This document shows, piece by piece, positions 27,043 to 36,119 of a stretch of DNA of 41,960 nucleotides (positions are counted from its first letter, which is position 1; each line of letters opens with the position of its first letter). The notes beneath the pieces were generated by a model that made no database searches, was not told the DNA's origin, and worked only from the letters and a program-made list of their open reading frames with translations. The position numbers and the translations under genes were made by a program. Origin of the DNA: Candidatus Woesearchaeota archaeon (lineage in GTDB: Archaea; Nanobdellota; Nanobdellia; Woesearchaeales; UBA583); the NCBI GenBank assembly GCA_041631255.1, contig JBFKKL010000002.1, positions 1 to 41,960 of the forward strand. Reading direction: 5' to 3'.

Positions 27043-27612
27043 ATGGTAAATTGGGCTTTAAGACCTTATTCAAGATTATCTTCATTAATTCAAGAAGGTA
27101 ATTTAAGAACTTTTTCAAATGAAGAAGATAGGTATTCAGATCTTTATTTATTTGATGCAAATAATCAAACTAACTATGTAGGAAGAATTTCTATTAAAAA
27201 TTCAAGAAGAAATGGTGATAGAATTTCTAATGGTGCTTTAATAAAATTTGATGCATTCCTAAAAGATTTCATTTGTACTCAAGTTTGTTTTTTTGAAGAA
27301 GGTCACGCACTAGGAAAAGTATTTGGTTCAAAAGATAAGGAATTTTCAACTATTGAACTTTCAGACTTAGTGTCCACAGCAAAATATGGCCACTATGGCG
27401 ATTTATTAAAAAATTTAAGTCATATTCATAATTTTCTTAGCGGTTTTGGAGATGAAAAGAGTTTAGAACAAAGAGTTTCAAGAACAATTGAAGAGCTCGA
27501 AATAATTTTTACACCTTTCCCTCAAATGATTAATTATAAGTTTGTATCTAGGAGAAAGAAAGACAGAAAAAGAGAAAAAAAGTATTTTTATCTTAATTCA
27601 AGAGCATTTTGA
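27043..27612 (+). CDS. hypothetical protein (189 aa)
   Basis: ORF with a TATA-like ATAAATAT about 26 nt upstream and a basic C-terminus. No recognisable motif. Its 3' end overlaps the sppA 3' end by 25 nt. Confidence 0.5.
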   Translation: MVNWALRPYSRLSSLIQEGNLRTFSNEEDRYSDLYLFDANNQTNYVGRISIKNSRRNGDRISNGALIKFDAFLKDFICTQVCFFEEGHALGKVFGSKDKEFSTIELSDLVSTAKYGHYGDLLKNLSHIHNFLSGFGDEKSLEQRVSRTIEELEIIFTPFPQMINYKFVSRRKKDRKREKKYFYLNSRAF

Positions 27613-28493
27613 GTATTAATTGGATTTTGAAATAAAGTACTTAATCCTAAACTCTCAGCAAATGTTGGAAGTGGTCCATAGTCAATAACTACAACATCCC
27701 CAGTTATGTTTTTCAAATCTGCAATTGCATCAGGATAATATCCAATTTCATCAATAAAACCAATTTCTTTAGCTTGCGATCCTAAGAAAATTTCTCCTGT
27801 AGCATAATTCTCAACATAATCGTATGTCAGATTTCTAGAAGCTGCAACATGATTAATAAATTGTGAATGGATTTCATCAAGTAACCCTTGAATAATTTCT
27901 TTTTCTTCTTCGGTCATTTCTTTGTATGGTGTTCCTAAATCCTTATATTGTCCTGAAACTAATCTTCTATATGTAATATTGTACTCTTCAATAAATTCTT
28001 CAAAAGAAAGCCCGGCTGAAGTAACTCCAATACTTCCAACTGTTGACATTGATGACGCGTAAATTTTGTTCGTAGAGACCGCAACCCAGAAAGCTCCACT
28101 AGCTCCAACATCATTAATTAAAGCATAAACAGGTTTTTCTTCTTTCAAACTCTCAATTGCTTTTGAAATTTCTTCAGACGCAACAGGGCTCCCTCCCGGA
28201 GAGTTGATGTCAAGTAAAACAGCTTTAACAGAAGTGTCATCTTTTAATTCATATAATTGATTAGCAATTTCTCTTGATGAAATGCTAGCTCCAAAAAGTG
28301 AAACTTCTTTTTCAGTTGATATAGCACCAGACAAAGGAACTACTGCAATTTTAGGAGTTAATGAATAAGTAATACTTGATATCATTGAGCTAATAAGAAA
28401 AAAAATTAATAGGATCAATAAAATATTTCTAAATGAGAAAAGAGGTTTTTTCTTATCTCCATCATCTTTTTTATAACGTACATAATCTGCCAT
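27588..28493 (-). CDS. sppA: signal peptide peptidase SppA (S49 family, 36K type)
   Basis: N-terminal membrane anchor, then LLDINSPGGSPVASEEI and DVGASGAFWVA...TVGSIGV, which are characteristic of S49 peptidases. Confidence 0.88.
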   Translation of the reverse strand: MADYVRYKKDDGDKKKPLFSFRNILLILLIFFLISSMISSITYSLTPKIAVVPLSGAISTEKEVSLFGASISSREIANQLYELKDDTSVKAVLLDINSPGGSPVASEEISKAIESLKEEKPVYALINDVGASGAFWVAVSTNKIYASSMSTVGSIGVTSAGLSFEEFIEEYNITYRRLVSGQYKDLGTPYKEMTEEEKEIIQGLLDEIHSQFINHVAASRNLTYDYVENYATGEIFLGSQAKEIGFIDEIGYYPDAIADLKNITGDVVVIDYGPLPTFAESLGLSTLFQNPINTQNALELR

Positions 28494-28589
28494 ACTATCT
28501 ACTTTTTCTTTGAGTTAATAAATATTTTGGAATTAGGTTGGACAACCTTTTTAAACTCACTTAAAATTATTTTAAATACCTTAATTTTC

Positions 28590-28670
28590 GTGAGAGTAGC
28601 GAAGTGGTCAAACGCGACCGACTCAAAATCGGTTCCATATGGTTCGAGGGTTCGAGTCCCTTCTCTCACA
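28590..28670 (+). tRNA. tRNA-Leu (anticodon CAA), type II with a long variable arm
   Basis: Hand fold: acceptor GTGAGAG/CTCTCAC, U8, D-arm GCG-AAGTGGTCAAA-CGC. The anticodon stem is ACCGA/TCGGT with loop CTCAAAA (CAA at 28624-28626). It has a 12-nt variable region, T-arm GAGGG-TTCGAGT-CCCTT, discriminator A and no encoded CCA. Confidence 0.85.
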
Positions 28671-28699
28671 GATATTCTAAATTTTTAAAGAACTTAAGC

Positions 28700-28707
28700 T
28701 TATAAAA
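28700..28707 (+). promoter_or_regulatory. TATA-box-like element for sufB
   Basis: TTATAAAA is centred about 25 nt upstream of the ATG at 28728. Confidence 0.45.
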
Positions 28708-28727
28708 CTACAATTATTACATATCAT

Positions 28728-31274
28728 ATGACAATTGACACATTCTCTGTTGATAGAAGCAAGTATGATAATGCTGATAATGTAAAAGCAAAATATACTG
28801 CAAAACCGGGCCTAAACGAGAGTGTAGTACGTAAAATCTCTAAAGATAAAAAAGAACCAGAATGGATGTTAAATAAAAGGTTAAAAGCTTTAGAATTATT
28901 TCAGAAAACAAAAATTCCAACTTGGGGTCCAGATTTAAAAAATTTAGATTTAGATAAAATAGTTTACTATGTTGATCCAAACGCTAAAGAATCAAAAAGT
29001 TGGGATGATGTCCCTGAAGATATTAAGAAAACATTTGATAGGTTAGGAATTCCTCAAGCAGAAAGAGAAGCACTTTCAGGAGTTGGAGCTCAATATGATA
29101 GTGTAGTAGTTTACCACAATCTAAAAAAAGAGTGGGAAGATAAAGGAGTTATCTTTGAGAATATGGATAACGCTGTTAAGAAATTTCCAGAACTTGTAAA
29201 AAAATACTTTATGACTTCCTGTGTTCCAGTTAACGATCATAAATTTGTAATGCTTCACGCAGCAGTTTGGTCAGGAGGAACATTCATTTACATTCCACCT
29301 AAAGTTAAAGTAGACATTCCTCTTCAAGCATATTTTAGGATGAATCAAGAGGGAGGAGGACAATTTGAGCATACTTTAATTATCGCAGATAAAGGTTCAG
29401 AAATTTCATACATAGAAGGATGTTTTACAAAAGGTAATTTAGTTCAAACTGAAAACGGTCAAGTTCCAATTGAAAGAATTAAACAAGGAGAATTAGTTTT
29501 ATCTCATGATGGAACTTATCACAAAGTAAAAAAAGTTTTATCACATAATTATTCTGGAGAAATCTTCAAGATTTCTTGCTATGGAGATTCAACTCAAGAT
29601 ATCGAAACAACATTTGAACATCCTTTTCTTTGGGTTAAAAGGGAAAGGAGTAACGAGAAAAATAGGAGTTGGAAAAAAGAATGGAATATTCCAAAGTATG
29701 TGTCTAAAGGAGATTACCTTTGTATTCCAAGAATCAAGAAAATTGAGATTCAATCTAAAAGAAAATTTAAAATAAAAGAGTTTATAGGAAGAAAGCAGGG
29801 ATATAAAGATGTATATAAAGTTGTAAAAACAGATAAAGATTTTTTTAAATTAGTTGGGTATTATCTTGCAGAAGGGAGTATCTCTAAAGGTTCATATCTT
29901 AATTTTTCTTTTGGAAGTCATGAAAGAGACCTTATAGAAGATGTAAAAAAACTTATGAAAAATGTTTTTGGAATTGAAAAATCTTATGAGGCAATTCACG
30001 AAGTAAATAATGGGACTAGTGTTGTTTTTTCAAGTGTTGAATTTTGTAGAATATTTGAACAATTTGGAAAATCTTGTGATACTAAAATACTTCCAGAATG
30101 GGTTTTGTTTGAGGATTTTGAAAAACAGAAGGAACTTCTGAAAGCTTATTGGCTTGGAGATGGAAATTTTTACAGTAAGAGAACGGCTGTAAAAGGTTTT
30201 TTAAAAGAAGTGATAAGAACAAACACTATATCTGAAAAATTAGCAAAACAAATAAGAAACATGTACATTAGATTGGGAATTCCGGCATTTATAAATAAAA
30301 GAGATAGGAGTAAAGAAGGGAGAAAAACTATGTTCACAATAGGCATTTCAGGATACTATCTTAAAGAAGTTGGAAAAATTTTAGGGTTAAAATTAGAAGA
30401 CAAGATAAATGGCAAAAAAAGGGCAAGTATGTTTCACATTGATGAAGAGTATCTTTATGTTCCAATCAAATCAATTAGCAAAAGAAAGACAAATAAAGAA
30501 AAAGTATACAACTTCTCAATTTCTAAAACTGAAACATATACTGTGGCCGGAGTTACAGTTCATAATTGCTCAGCGCCAAGGTTCAACTCGAACGCACTTC
30601 ACGCGGGGTGCGTTGAACTTCACGCTCTTGAAGGCGCTAAAATAAAATATTCTAGTATAGAAAATTGGTCAAAAAATACGTACAATTTAAATACAAAAAG
30701 GGCAATTGTTCACAAAAATGCGCAAGTAGATTGGGTTAATGGAAACTTAGGTTCAGGAAGGACTATGCTTTATCCATGTTCAATTCTTCTAGGAGAGAAT
30801 TCAAGAACTCAAAGTTTAGGTATTGCTTTTGCAGGGCAAGATCAAAATCAAGATACAGGGACAAAAGTAATCCATATAGGAAAAAATTCATCATCTTTAA
30901 TTAGAGCAAAATCTATTTCTAAAGATGGCGGAATTTCAACTTACAGAGGACTTGTGAAAATTTCAAAATTCGCAAGTGGCGCTATATCTAGTGTTGATTG
31001 TGACGCTTTAATGGTAGGAGAGAATTCAATTTCAAAAACTATTCCTCAGATGGAAACTCAATTATCAGATTCTCAAATTAATCATGAAGCAAAAACAGGA
31101 AAGATTGGAGAAGAAGAATTATACTATTTAAAATCCAGAGGACTTAATGAAGAGGAAGCAAAACAGATGATAGTTTCAGGTTTCATAGGCCCAATTGTGA
31201 AAGAATTACCACTTGAATACGCAGCAGAGTTAAACAAATTAATACAACTTGAAATGGAATCAACTTTAGGATAA
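28728..31274 (+). CDS. sufB: Fe-S cluster assembly protein SufB, interrupted in-frame by an intein
   Basis: The N-extein ends ...GSEISYIEG and the C-extein starts CSAPRFNSNALHAGCVELHA..., which rejoin to the conserved SufB YxEGC[ST]AP motif. The extein total of 466 aa is a normal SufB size. Confidence 0.93.
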   Translation: MTIDTFSVDRSKYDNADNVKAKYTAKPGLNESVVRKISKDKKEPEWMLNKRLKALELFQKTKIPTWGPDLKNLDLDKIVYYVDPNAKESKSWDDVPEDIKKTFDRLGIPQAEREALSGVGAQYDSVVVYHNLKKEWEDKGVIFENMDNAVKKFPELVKKYFMTSCVPVNDHKFVMLHAAVWSGGTFIYIPPKVKVDIPLQAYFRMNQEGGGQFEHTLIIADKGSEISYIEGCFTKGNLVQTENGQVPIERIKQGELVLSHDGTYHKVKKVLSHNYSGEIFKISCYGDSTQDIETTFEHPFLWVKRERSNEKNRSWKKEWNIPKYVSKGDYLCIPRIKKIEIQSKRKFKIKEFIGRKQGYKDVYKVVKTDKDFFKLVGYYLAEGSISKGSYLNFSFGSHERDLIEDVKKLMKNVFGIEKSYEAIHEVNNGTSVVFSSVEFCRIFEQFGKSCDTKILPEWVLFEDFEKQKELLKAYWLGDGNFYSKRTAVKGFLKEVIRTNTISEKLAKQIRNMYIRLGIPAFINKRDRSKEGRKTMFTIGISGYYLKEVGKILGLKLEDKINGKKRASMFHIDEEYLYVPIKSISKRKTNKEKVYNFSISKTETYTVAGVTVHNCSAPRFNSNALHAGCVELHALEGAKIKYSSIENWSKNTYNLNTKRAIVHKNAQVDWVNGNLGSGRTMLYPCSILLGENSRTQSLGIAFAGQDQNQDTGTKVIHIGKNSSSLIRAKSISKDGGISTYRGLVKISKFASGAISSVDCDALMVGENSISKTIPQMETQLSDSQINHEAKTGKIGEEELYYLKSRGLNEEEAKQMIVSGFIGPIVKELPLEYAAELNKLIQLEMESTLG
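29421..30566 (+). mobile_element. SufB intein (382 aa) with a LAGLIDADG homing endonuclease domain
   Basis: Cys1 is TGT 29421-29423 (CFTKGNLV, block A) and block B is TTFEHPF. The two LAGLIDADG motifs are LVGYYLAEGS and AYWLGDGN. Blocks F/G are VYNFSI...TVAGVTVHN, followed by the +1 Cys (TGC 30567-30569). Confidence 0.9.
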
Positions 31275-31275
31275 A

Positions 31276-32073
31276 ATGGTTAGATCAGAATTAATAAATA
31301 TTGAAAGAGAAGTAGAAACTAGAACAAACAATTCAAAATTCAAAGAAATTAAAATTGAGAAAAATTCCAATCTAATTATTAAAGAAAATACTAAAATCAT
31401 TTGTGAGAAAAATTCCAATTTAGAGTTATTAATTGAAGATAAAGATCACATAGAAATAAATATCCAAATAAAGAGAAACGTAGAAATTAATTTAACAACT
31501 TTTATCAAAGGAGAAAATCAGTCAATCAAATTAAGTATGGAATTAGAAGAAAAATCAAAATTAAATCACTATCAAAATATATTAAATAATTTTTATCTAA
31601 GAACAAATATTGAATTAAAAAAATTTTCAATATATAATTTGAATTCTTCTTATTTATCTTCAAAAAATAAGTCTGTGATTCTAAATATTGTTGACCATAA
31701 AGAAGAGAACTCAGAATCAAATATTAGCAGTCAAGGGATAGCACTCGAAGAATCTATGGTTGTACATAATACAGATGTAAAAATAGAAAGCAAAGCAAAA
31801 AAATCTTTTTCAAAACAAGTGATGAAAAATTATACTTTTTCAGATAAAGCGCATATTGAAAGCAAACCTGAGTTAGATATCGAAAACGAAGATGTAGTTT
31901 GTTCACACTCATCATCAATTTCTCAAATTCCTCAAAATCAACTTTGGTATCTCCATTCAAGAGGCTTAAGCAAAAAAGATTCATCAAAAATTTTTATAGA
32001 AAGTTTATTTGAGCAATCAACAATTGGAAATAATTCTTTTTCGAAAAATATAAAAGAAATTTTAATACAATAA
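31276..32073 (+). CDS. sufD: SufD-like Fe-S cluster assembly protein (short form)
   Basis: The C-terminal VCSHSSSISQIPQNQLWYLHSRGLSKKDSSKIFIESLF matches the SufB/SufD family C-terminal signature. It starts 1 nt after the sufB stop. Confidence 0.75.
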   Translation: MVRSELINIEREVETRTNNSKFKEIKIEKNSNLIIKENTKIICEKNSNLELLIEDKDHIEINIQIKRNVEINLTTFIKGENQSIKLSMELEEKSKLNHYQNILNNFYLRTNIELKKFSIYNLNSSYLSSKNKSVILNIVDHKEENSESNISSQGIALEESMVVHNTDVKIESKAKKSFSKQVMKNYTFSDKAHIESKPELDIENEDVVCSHSSSISQIPQNQLWYLHSRGLSKKDSSKIFIESLFEQSTIGNNSFSKNIKEILIQ

Positions 32074-32103
32074 TTTTATAAATGAATTAAATTAGAAATT
32101 GCT

Positions 32104-32472
32104 ATGAAAAAAGATAGCAATCATAACATTTACAAAGTCTCAACTTTCGTACTTCTAGGGCTCATTGTCTTAGTTGGAATCTATTTTGGGATGAATTCTA
32201 TTCTTAATTCAAAATACGAACAAGGATTAAGTGATGGAAGTATAAAAACAGTTAACAACATACTTTCAGGAGTAGTTAATCAAGGTTACATTACATTTAA
32301 TTTAGGAGAAAACAATACTGTAACTTTAGTTCCGGCTCAGCAAATTGGAGTAGCACAAGAACAATTAATTCAAACAATTCTTACAACAATTAAGACGCAA
32401 GGTTACATTCGAGTATATAATGAAACTCATGAAGTAATCTTAGTTCCAGCTCAGTCTCAACAAACTCAATAA
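32104..32472 (+). CDS. membrane-anchored hypothetical protein with an internal duplicated motif
   Basis: It has the anchor VSTFVLLGLIVLVGIYFGM. Two related units follow: QGYITFNLGENNTVTLVPAQQ and QGYIRVYNETHEVILVPAQSQ. It has its own TATA-like TTTTATAAAT about 26 nt upstream. Confidence 0.55.
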   Translation: MKKDSNHNIYKVSTFVLLGLIVLVGIYFGMNSILNSKYEQGLSDGSIKTVNNILSGVVNQGYITFNLGENNTVTLVPAQQIGVAQEQLIQTILTTIKTQGYIRVYNETHEVILVPAQSQQTQ

Positions 32473-32481
32473 ACAATTGAG

Positions 32482-32489
32482 TTTATAAA
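32482..32489 (+). promoter_or_regulatory. TATA-box-like element for sufS
   Basis: TTTATAAA is centred about 27 nt upstream of the ATG at 32513. Confidence 0.45.
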
Positions 32490-32512
32490 TAAACTTCTTT
32501 TTCTTTTAATTT

Positions 32513-33733
32513 ATGAAAAGAAAAATCTCTATTAAAAATATTAGAGAAGAGTTTCCAATTCTAAAAAAAAAAATTAACAATCAAAATTTAATTTATGTTG
32601 ATAACGCATCTTCAACTCAAAAGCCAAAAGCAGTAATTAATAAGATAAAAGAAATTTATGAAAACAATTATTCTAATGTTCACAGGGGAATTCACACATT
32701 AAGTGAGAATATGACTAAAGAATATGAAGAAACAAGAAAAACTGTTGCTAAATTCGTGAGCGCAAAAGAGAATGAAATTATTTTTACTAAGGGAACTACA
32801 AATTCAATTAATATAATTGCAAATGGGATTCAAGGAATCAAAAAAGGGGACGAGATAGTTCTTTCAATTTCTGAGCATCATGCAAATTTAGTCCCTTGGC
32901 AAGAACTTTGTAAAAGGACAGGTGCAAAACTAAAATTTATTCCTCTCAATAAAGATTTTGAAATTGACATAAGTCAAGCCAAAAAGATAATTACAAATAA
33001 AACTAAACTAGTTGCAATTAGTCATATTTCAAATGTTTTAGGTTCGATAAATGATGTTGAGAAGATAATTAAAATTGCAAAGAAAAAAGGTGCATTAGTT
33101 TTAATTGATTCTGCTCAATCAATTGTCCATAAGAAAATTAATGTAAAAAAATTAAATTGTGATTTTTTATCATTCTCTGCTCATAAAATGTATGGTCCAA
33201 ACTCTTTAGGAATTTTATATGTGAAAGAAGATTTATTAGGAAAAATCAAACCTTTAGAATTTGGTGGGAACATGATAGAAGATGTAGAATTAAATTCTTC
33301 AAGTTATGCTAAAGGCTTTCAAAAATTTGAAGCAGGAACTCCTTCAATAGTTGAAGTTATAGCATTCAAAGAAGCTTTAAATTTACTAAATTCAGTGAGT
33401 GTAAAAAATATAGAAAAACATGAATTGGATTTAACAAAATATTTCCTAAAAGAAGTAAAGAAAATAAAATCATTGGAAATTTTTGGAAAAACTAAATCAA
33501 GTAATAGAATACCCGTTTTTTCATTCACAATGGAAGGTATTCACGCACATGATATAAGTTCACTTCTAGATGCACAAGGAATAGCAACACGTTCAGGGCA
33601 TCATTGCACAATTCCTCTTCATAAAGAATATAATTTAAAAGCTACTACTAGAATATCTTTTGGGATTTACAATACAAAAAAAGAGATTGATTCGATAATA
33701 AAAGCTCTTCAAAAAATAGAAAAATTATCTTAA
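32513..33733 (+). CDS. sufS: cysteine desulfurase SufS (class V aminotransferase, group II)
   Basis: PLP-lysine region SFSAHKMYGP and catalytic-Cys loop ATRSGHHCTIPL. The 406-aa length also fits. Confidence 0.92.
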   Translation: MKRKISIKNIREEFPILKKKINNQNLIYVDNASSTQKPKAVINKIKEIYENNYSNVHRGIHTLSENMTKEYEETRKTVAKFVSAKENEIIFTKGTTNSINIIANGIQGIKKGDEIVLSISEHHANLVPWQELCKRTGAKLKFIPLNKDFEIDISQAKKIITNKTKLVAISHISNVLGSINDVEKIIKIAKKKGALVLIDSAQSIVHKKINVKKLNCDFLSFSAHKMYGPNSLGILYVKEDLLGKIKPLEFGGNMIEDVELNSSSYAKGFQKFEAGTPSIVEVIAFKEALNLLNSVSVKNIEKHELDLTKYFLKEVKKIKSLEIFGKTKSSNRIPVFSFTMEGIHAHDISSLLDAQGIATRSGHHCTIPLHKEYNLKATTRISFGIYNTKKEIDSIIKALQKIEKLS

Positions 33734-33787
33734 ATTCACCTCTAAGTTACAACTAAACTTCTAAAAACTTGTTTACAAGGAATTTGC

Positions 33788-35566
33788 ATGCAAAGCGATC
33801 TTCTTTCATCTTCCAGACATAAGGCAAGTGCAACTAAAGCTAAAAGGGAAGAAGAAATCATAAATACTGAACTAATTTTTGGAGGAATCAATGAAGATAT
33901 AACTGAAAGCTATTTTTGGCATATGAATTTTGCTTACTATGCAAATAGAGGTTATTTCACGCTAAAACTTGAAGATCACCACTATTTTAGTGAGGTTTCC
34001 CAATTTGGAGGAAACTTAAGGCAAGTCAAAGGAGGATCAATTAGAGCTTTTCAAGAGAATTTGAATCAACTTGTCCAATTAATCAAAGTGCACATGATGC
34101 CACTTTTAAAAGAAGTAAAGGAGGCTCATTTCTATAAAACTTGGATAGACAGAATTGTTGAAAATGACATTATTGTTCAAGAAGAATTAAAGAAAACTCC
34201 GAGCGGTAATGTGAGAAAGAACAATGATAGGTTAAGAAAAGCAGAAAGTGAAAGGGACGAAGCAATTAGTCATATCAAAGATAAGTGGGTAAATGAAATT
34301 GATCAAGGAAGATTATGGCAAATGAATAAGTCAGCAGCTGAAGGAGGATTAGATTTTGCATTGCTTCCACAGTTATTTTTTGGAACTAAACTTGACAATC
34401 CACTTTATGAACTTCATAAAGAAGGTTTGACTTTAAAAGAACAACTTGATGATTACATTTACAATATTGATATAACTGAAGATGCCAAGCTACAAGTTGC
34501 AAGATTTCATTATAGGTTTTTAACTTGGCTTCCAAGTGCTATAAGAGAAACTAAAACTACATTTAATATAAAACTAGCTGCATTAAAACAATTTTACGCC
34601 CAACTTCAAATGTATATTGATTTTATGAAACCTCTTTTAAGAGAAATTTCTCAAAAAAAAGAAAGTTTTGAGAGCAATAGTATGTATAAAGGATTTGAGT
34701 CAGAACATCCTTCTTTTTTAGCTTTACTTGATACATCTCATTCATTTTCAAGACTTTTGGGAGTTAAAGGGCTTGAAAAAGACATAATTAGTTTAGAAGA
34801 ATTAGAATTTTTAGAGGGAGGATTTTTTATAGAGTCAAAAGAAAATAAAAAAGGAATTATGTTTGGAAAGTGTGCAGGAAAAAATGCTTTTATAGTTGGA
34901 GATGAAACAAAATCTGATGGAATATGGTATAAAGTAAAGCTTTTTAATGGGTCAAGAGAGAATGCTGCAAAACTTTCAAAAGGAGAAGTAAATAAGTTAA
35001 AAGAAGAAATAATTCCAAGAGAAGATTTGAAAGTTTTCACAATTATTGAATTTGAATTTTCACAACAAAGAAGATCAGAACAAATTCAAACTCAGCAAGG
35101 ACCTCAATTGTTACCAGTTATGAAGAATAGGATTGGATACAAAGGTTTTGCTTGGAATCTATATGAAATTGCTACATATAGACTTTCAGTAAAAGAAGAA
35201 AGTTTAGAACTTTTAGAAACATTCATAGGGGAGATCTCAGTCATAAAAGAAGAACTTCTTTATTATGTCCAAGGTATGAAAGGGGATGCACCCTGGGAAA
35301 AAGCAGAAAAATATTCACAATCAAAAAAAGAGGAAAAAAAAAGTAGTGATTCAGCGTTAGTAAAAGGTCCAATTGAAGGTTTTGGAGAATTATTTTCTCC
35401 ACTAATTCCTTCATTCAAAAAAAAAGAACGAAATAGGGGAGAACTAAAAAAGAATTTTTCTGAAGCACAAGAAAGACACCATAGAATAACAAAGTTAGTT
35501 ACTGCAGAAGATACTTACAAATGTTATTCAGTTCATAAAAAAACTCATGGATACATTGATATGTAA
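33788..35566 (+). CDS. orphan hypothetical protein (592 aa), predicted cytoplasmic, helix-rich
   Basis: Long uninterrupted ORF with no hydrophobic segment, no P-loop and no motif I recognise. Its stop (35564-35566) lies 1 nt before the ATG of the next gene. Confidence 0.7.
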   Translation: MQSDLLSSSRHKASATKAKREEEIINTELIFGGINEDITESYFWHMNFAYYANRGYFTLKLEDHHYFSEVSQFGGNLRQVKGGSIRAFQENLNQLVQLIKVHMMPLLKEVKEAHFYKTWIDRIVENDIIVQEELKKTPSGNVRKNNDRLRKAESERDEAISHIKDKWVNEIDQGRLWQMNKSAAEGGLDFALLPQLFFGTKLDNPLYELHKEGLTLKEQLDDYIYNIDITEDAKLQVARFHYRFLTWLPSAIRETKTTFNIKLAALKQFYAQLQMYIDFMKPLLREISQKKESFESNSMYKGFESEHPSFLALLDTSHSFSRLLGVKGLEKDIISLEELEFLEGGFFIESKENKKGIMFGKCAGKNAFIVGDETKSDGIWYKVKLFNGSRENAAKLSKGEVNKLKEEIIPREDLKVFTIIEFEFSQQRRSEQIQTQQGPQLLPVMKNRIGYKGFAWNLYEIATYRLSVKEESLELLETFIGEISVIKEELLYYVQGMKGDAPWEKAEKYSQSKKEEKKSSDSALVKGPIEGFGELFSPLIPSFKKKERNRGELKKNFSEAQERHHRITKLVTAEDTYKCYSVHKKTHGYIDM

Positions 35567-35567
35567 A

Positions 35568-36119
35568 ATGAAAATTAACAAAAAAGGATCATTAGCTCAA
35601 GAAATGTTACCCTTTATAATTGGGCTTTTAATAATTTACTTTTCTCTATTTTTTTTATCCAAACTTATGATTTCAACTTCAGAGCACATAGAAAAATCTC
35701 CTCCTGAACTTACATATGAATTTCCAGCAACCTTTATTTATAGTTTTTTAAATTATGAATTAACTGATTCAGAAAAATCTCAAATGGATTTAAATCCAAA
35801 CTCAACTTATTTTGTGAAAGATATTATCAAAGAAAATTCAGATAAAAATTTTAACATTCTAAAAAATAGTGTGAGAAAAAGATATCTTGATTGGTCCAAT
35901 CAAGCTTTAGTTGGTACATCAACTATGCATACACAGTACAAAAAATTCTCAGGTCAAAATTATAATGTAGATTCTATTTTAGTTTTAGAAAACAACTTAC
36001 AATCACCACCAAATTTAGATTTAGCAATAGAAAAAAAAAATTATGTATTTTTTTTAAAAACTAATGATGGGACATATTCTGCAATTCTTTTCAAAGAACA
36101 AAGTGGGGTATTACAATGA
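35568..36119 (+). CDS. prepilin-like (class III / type IV pilin-type signal) protein, 183 aa
   Basis: The leader MKINKKG is followed by SLAQEMLPFIIGLLIIYFSLFFL, with Glu at +5 after the Gly. I prefer the ATG at 35568 over the track start at 35547, which lies inside the upstream gene. Confidence 0.6.
   Translation: MKINKKGSLAQEMLPFIIGLLIIYFSLFFLSKLMISTSEHIEKSPPELTYEFPATFIYSFLNYELTDSEKSQMDLNPNSTYFVKDIIKENSDKNFNILKNSVRKRYLDWSNQALVGTSTMHTQYKKFSGQNYNVDSILVLENNLQSPPNLDLAIEKKNYVFFLKTNDGTYSAILFKEQSGVLQ

Noticed and set aside
28590-28670. Reading the tRNA anticodon as TCA (an opal suppressor or Sec-like tRNA), and treating the tRNA as an integration site for a genomic island
   Set aside because: With the 5-bp stem ACCGA/TCGGT the 7-nt loop is CTCAAAA, which places CAA at positions 34-36 (Leu). 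That is consistent with the long variable arm. No integrase, direct repeat of the tRNA 3' end or phage-like genes flank it.
36031-36055. A10 and T8 homopolymer tracts inside the prepilin-like gene B as phase-variation switches
   Set aside because: Equally long A runs occur in housekeeping or unrelated genes (A10 at 542-551 in glgP, A11 at 20294-20304). They look like a by-product of AT-richness and Lys/Phe codons rather than a specific contingency locus.
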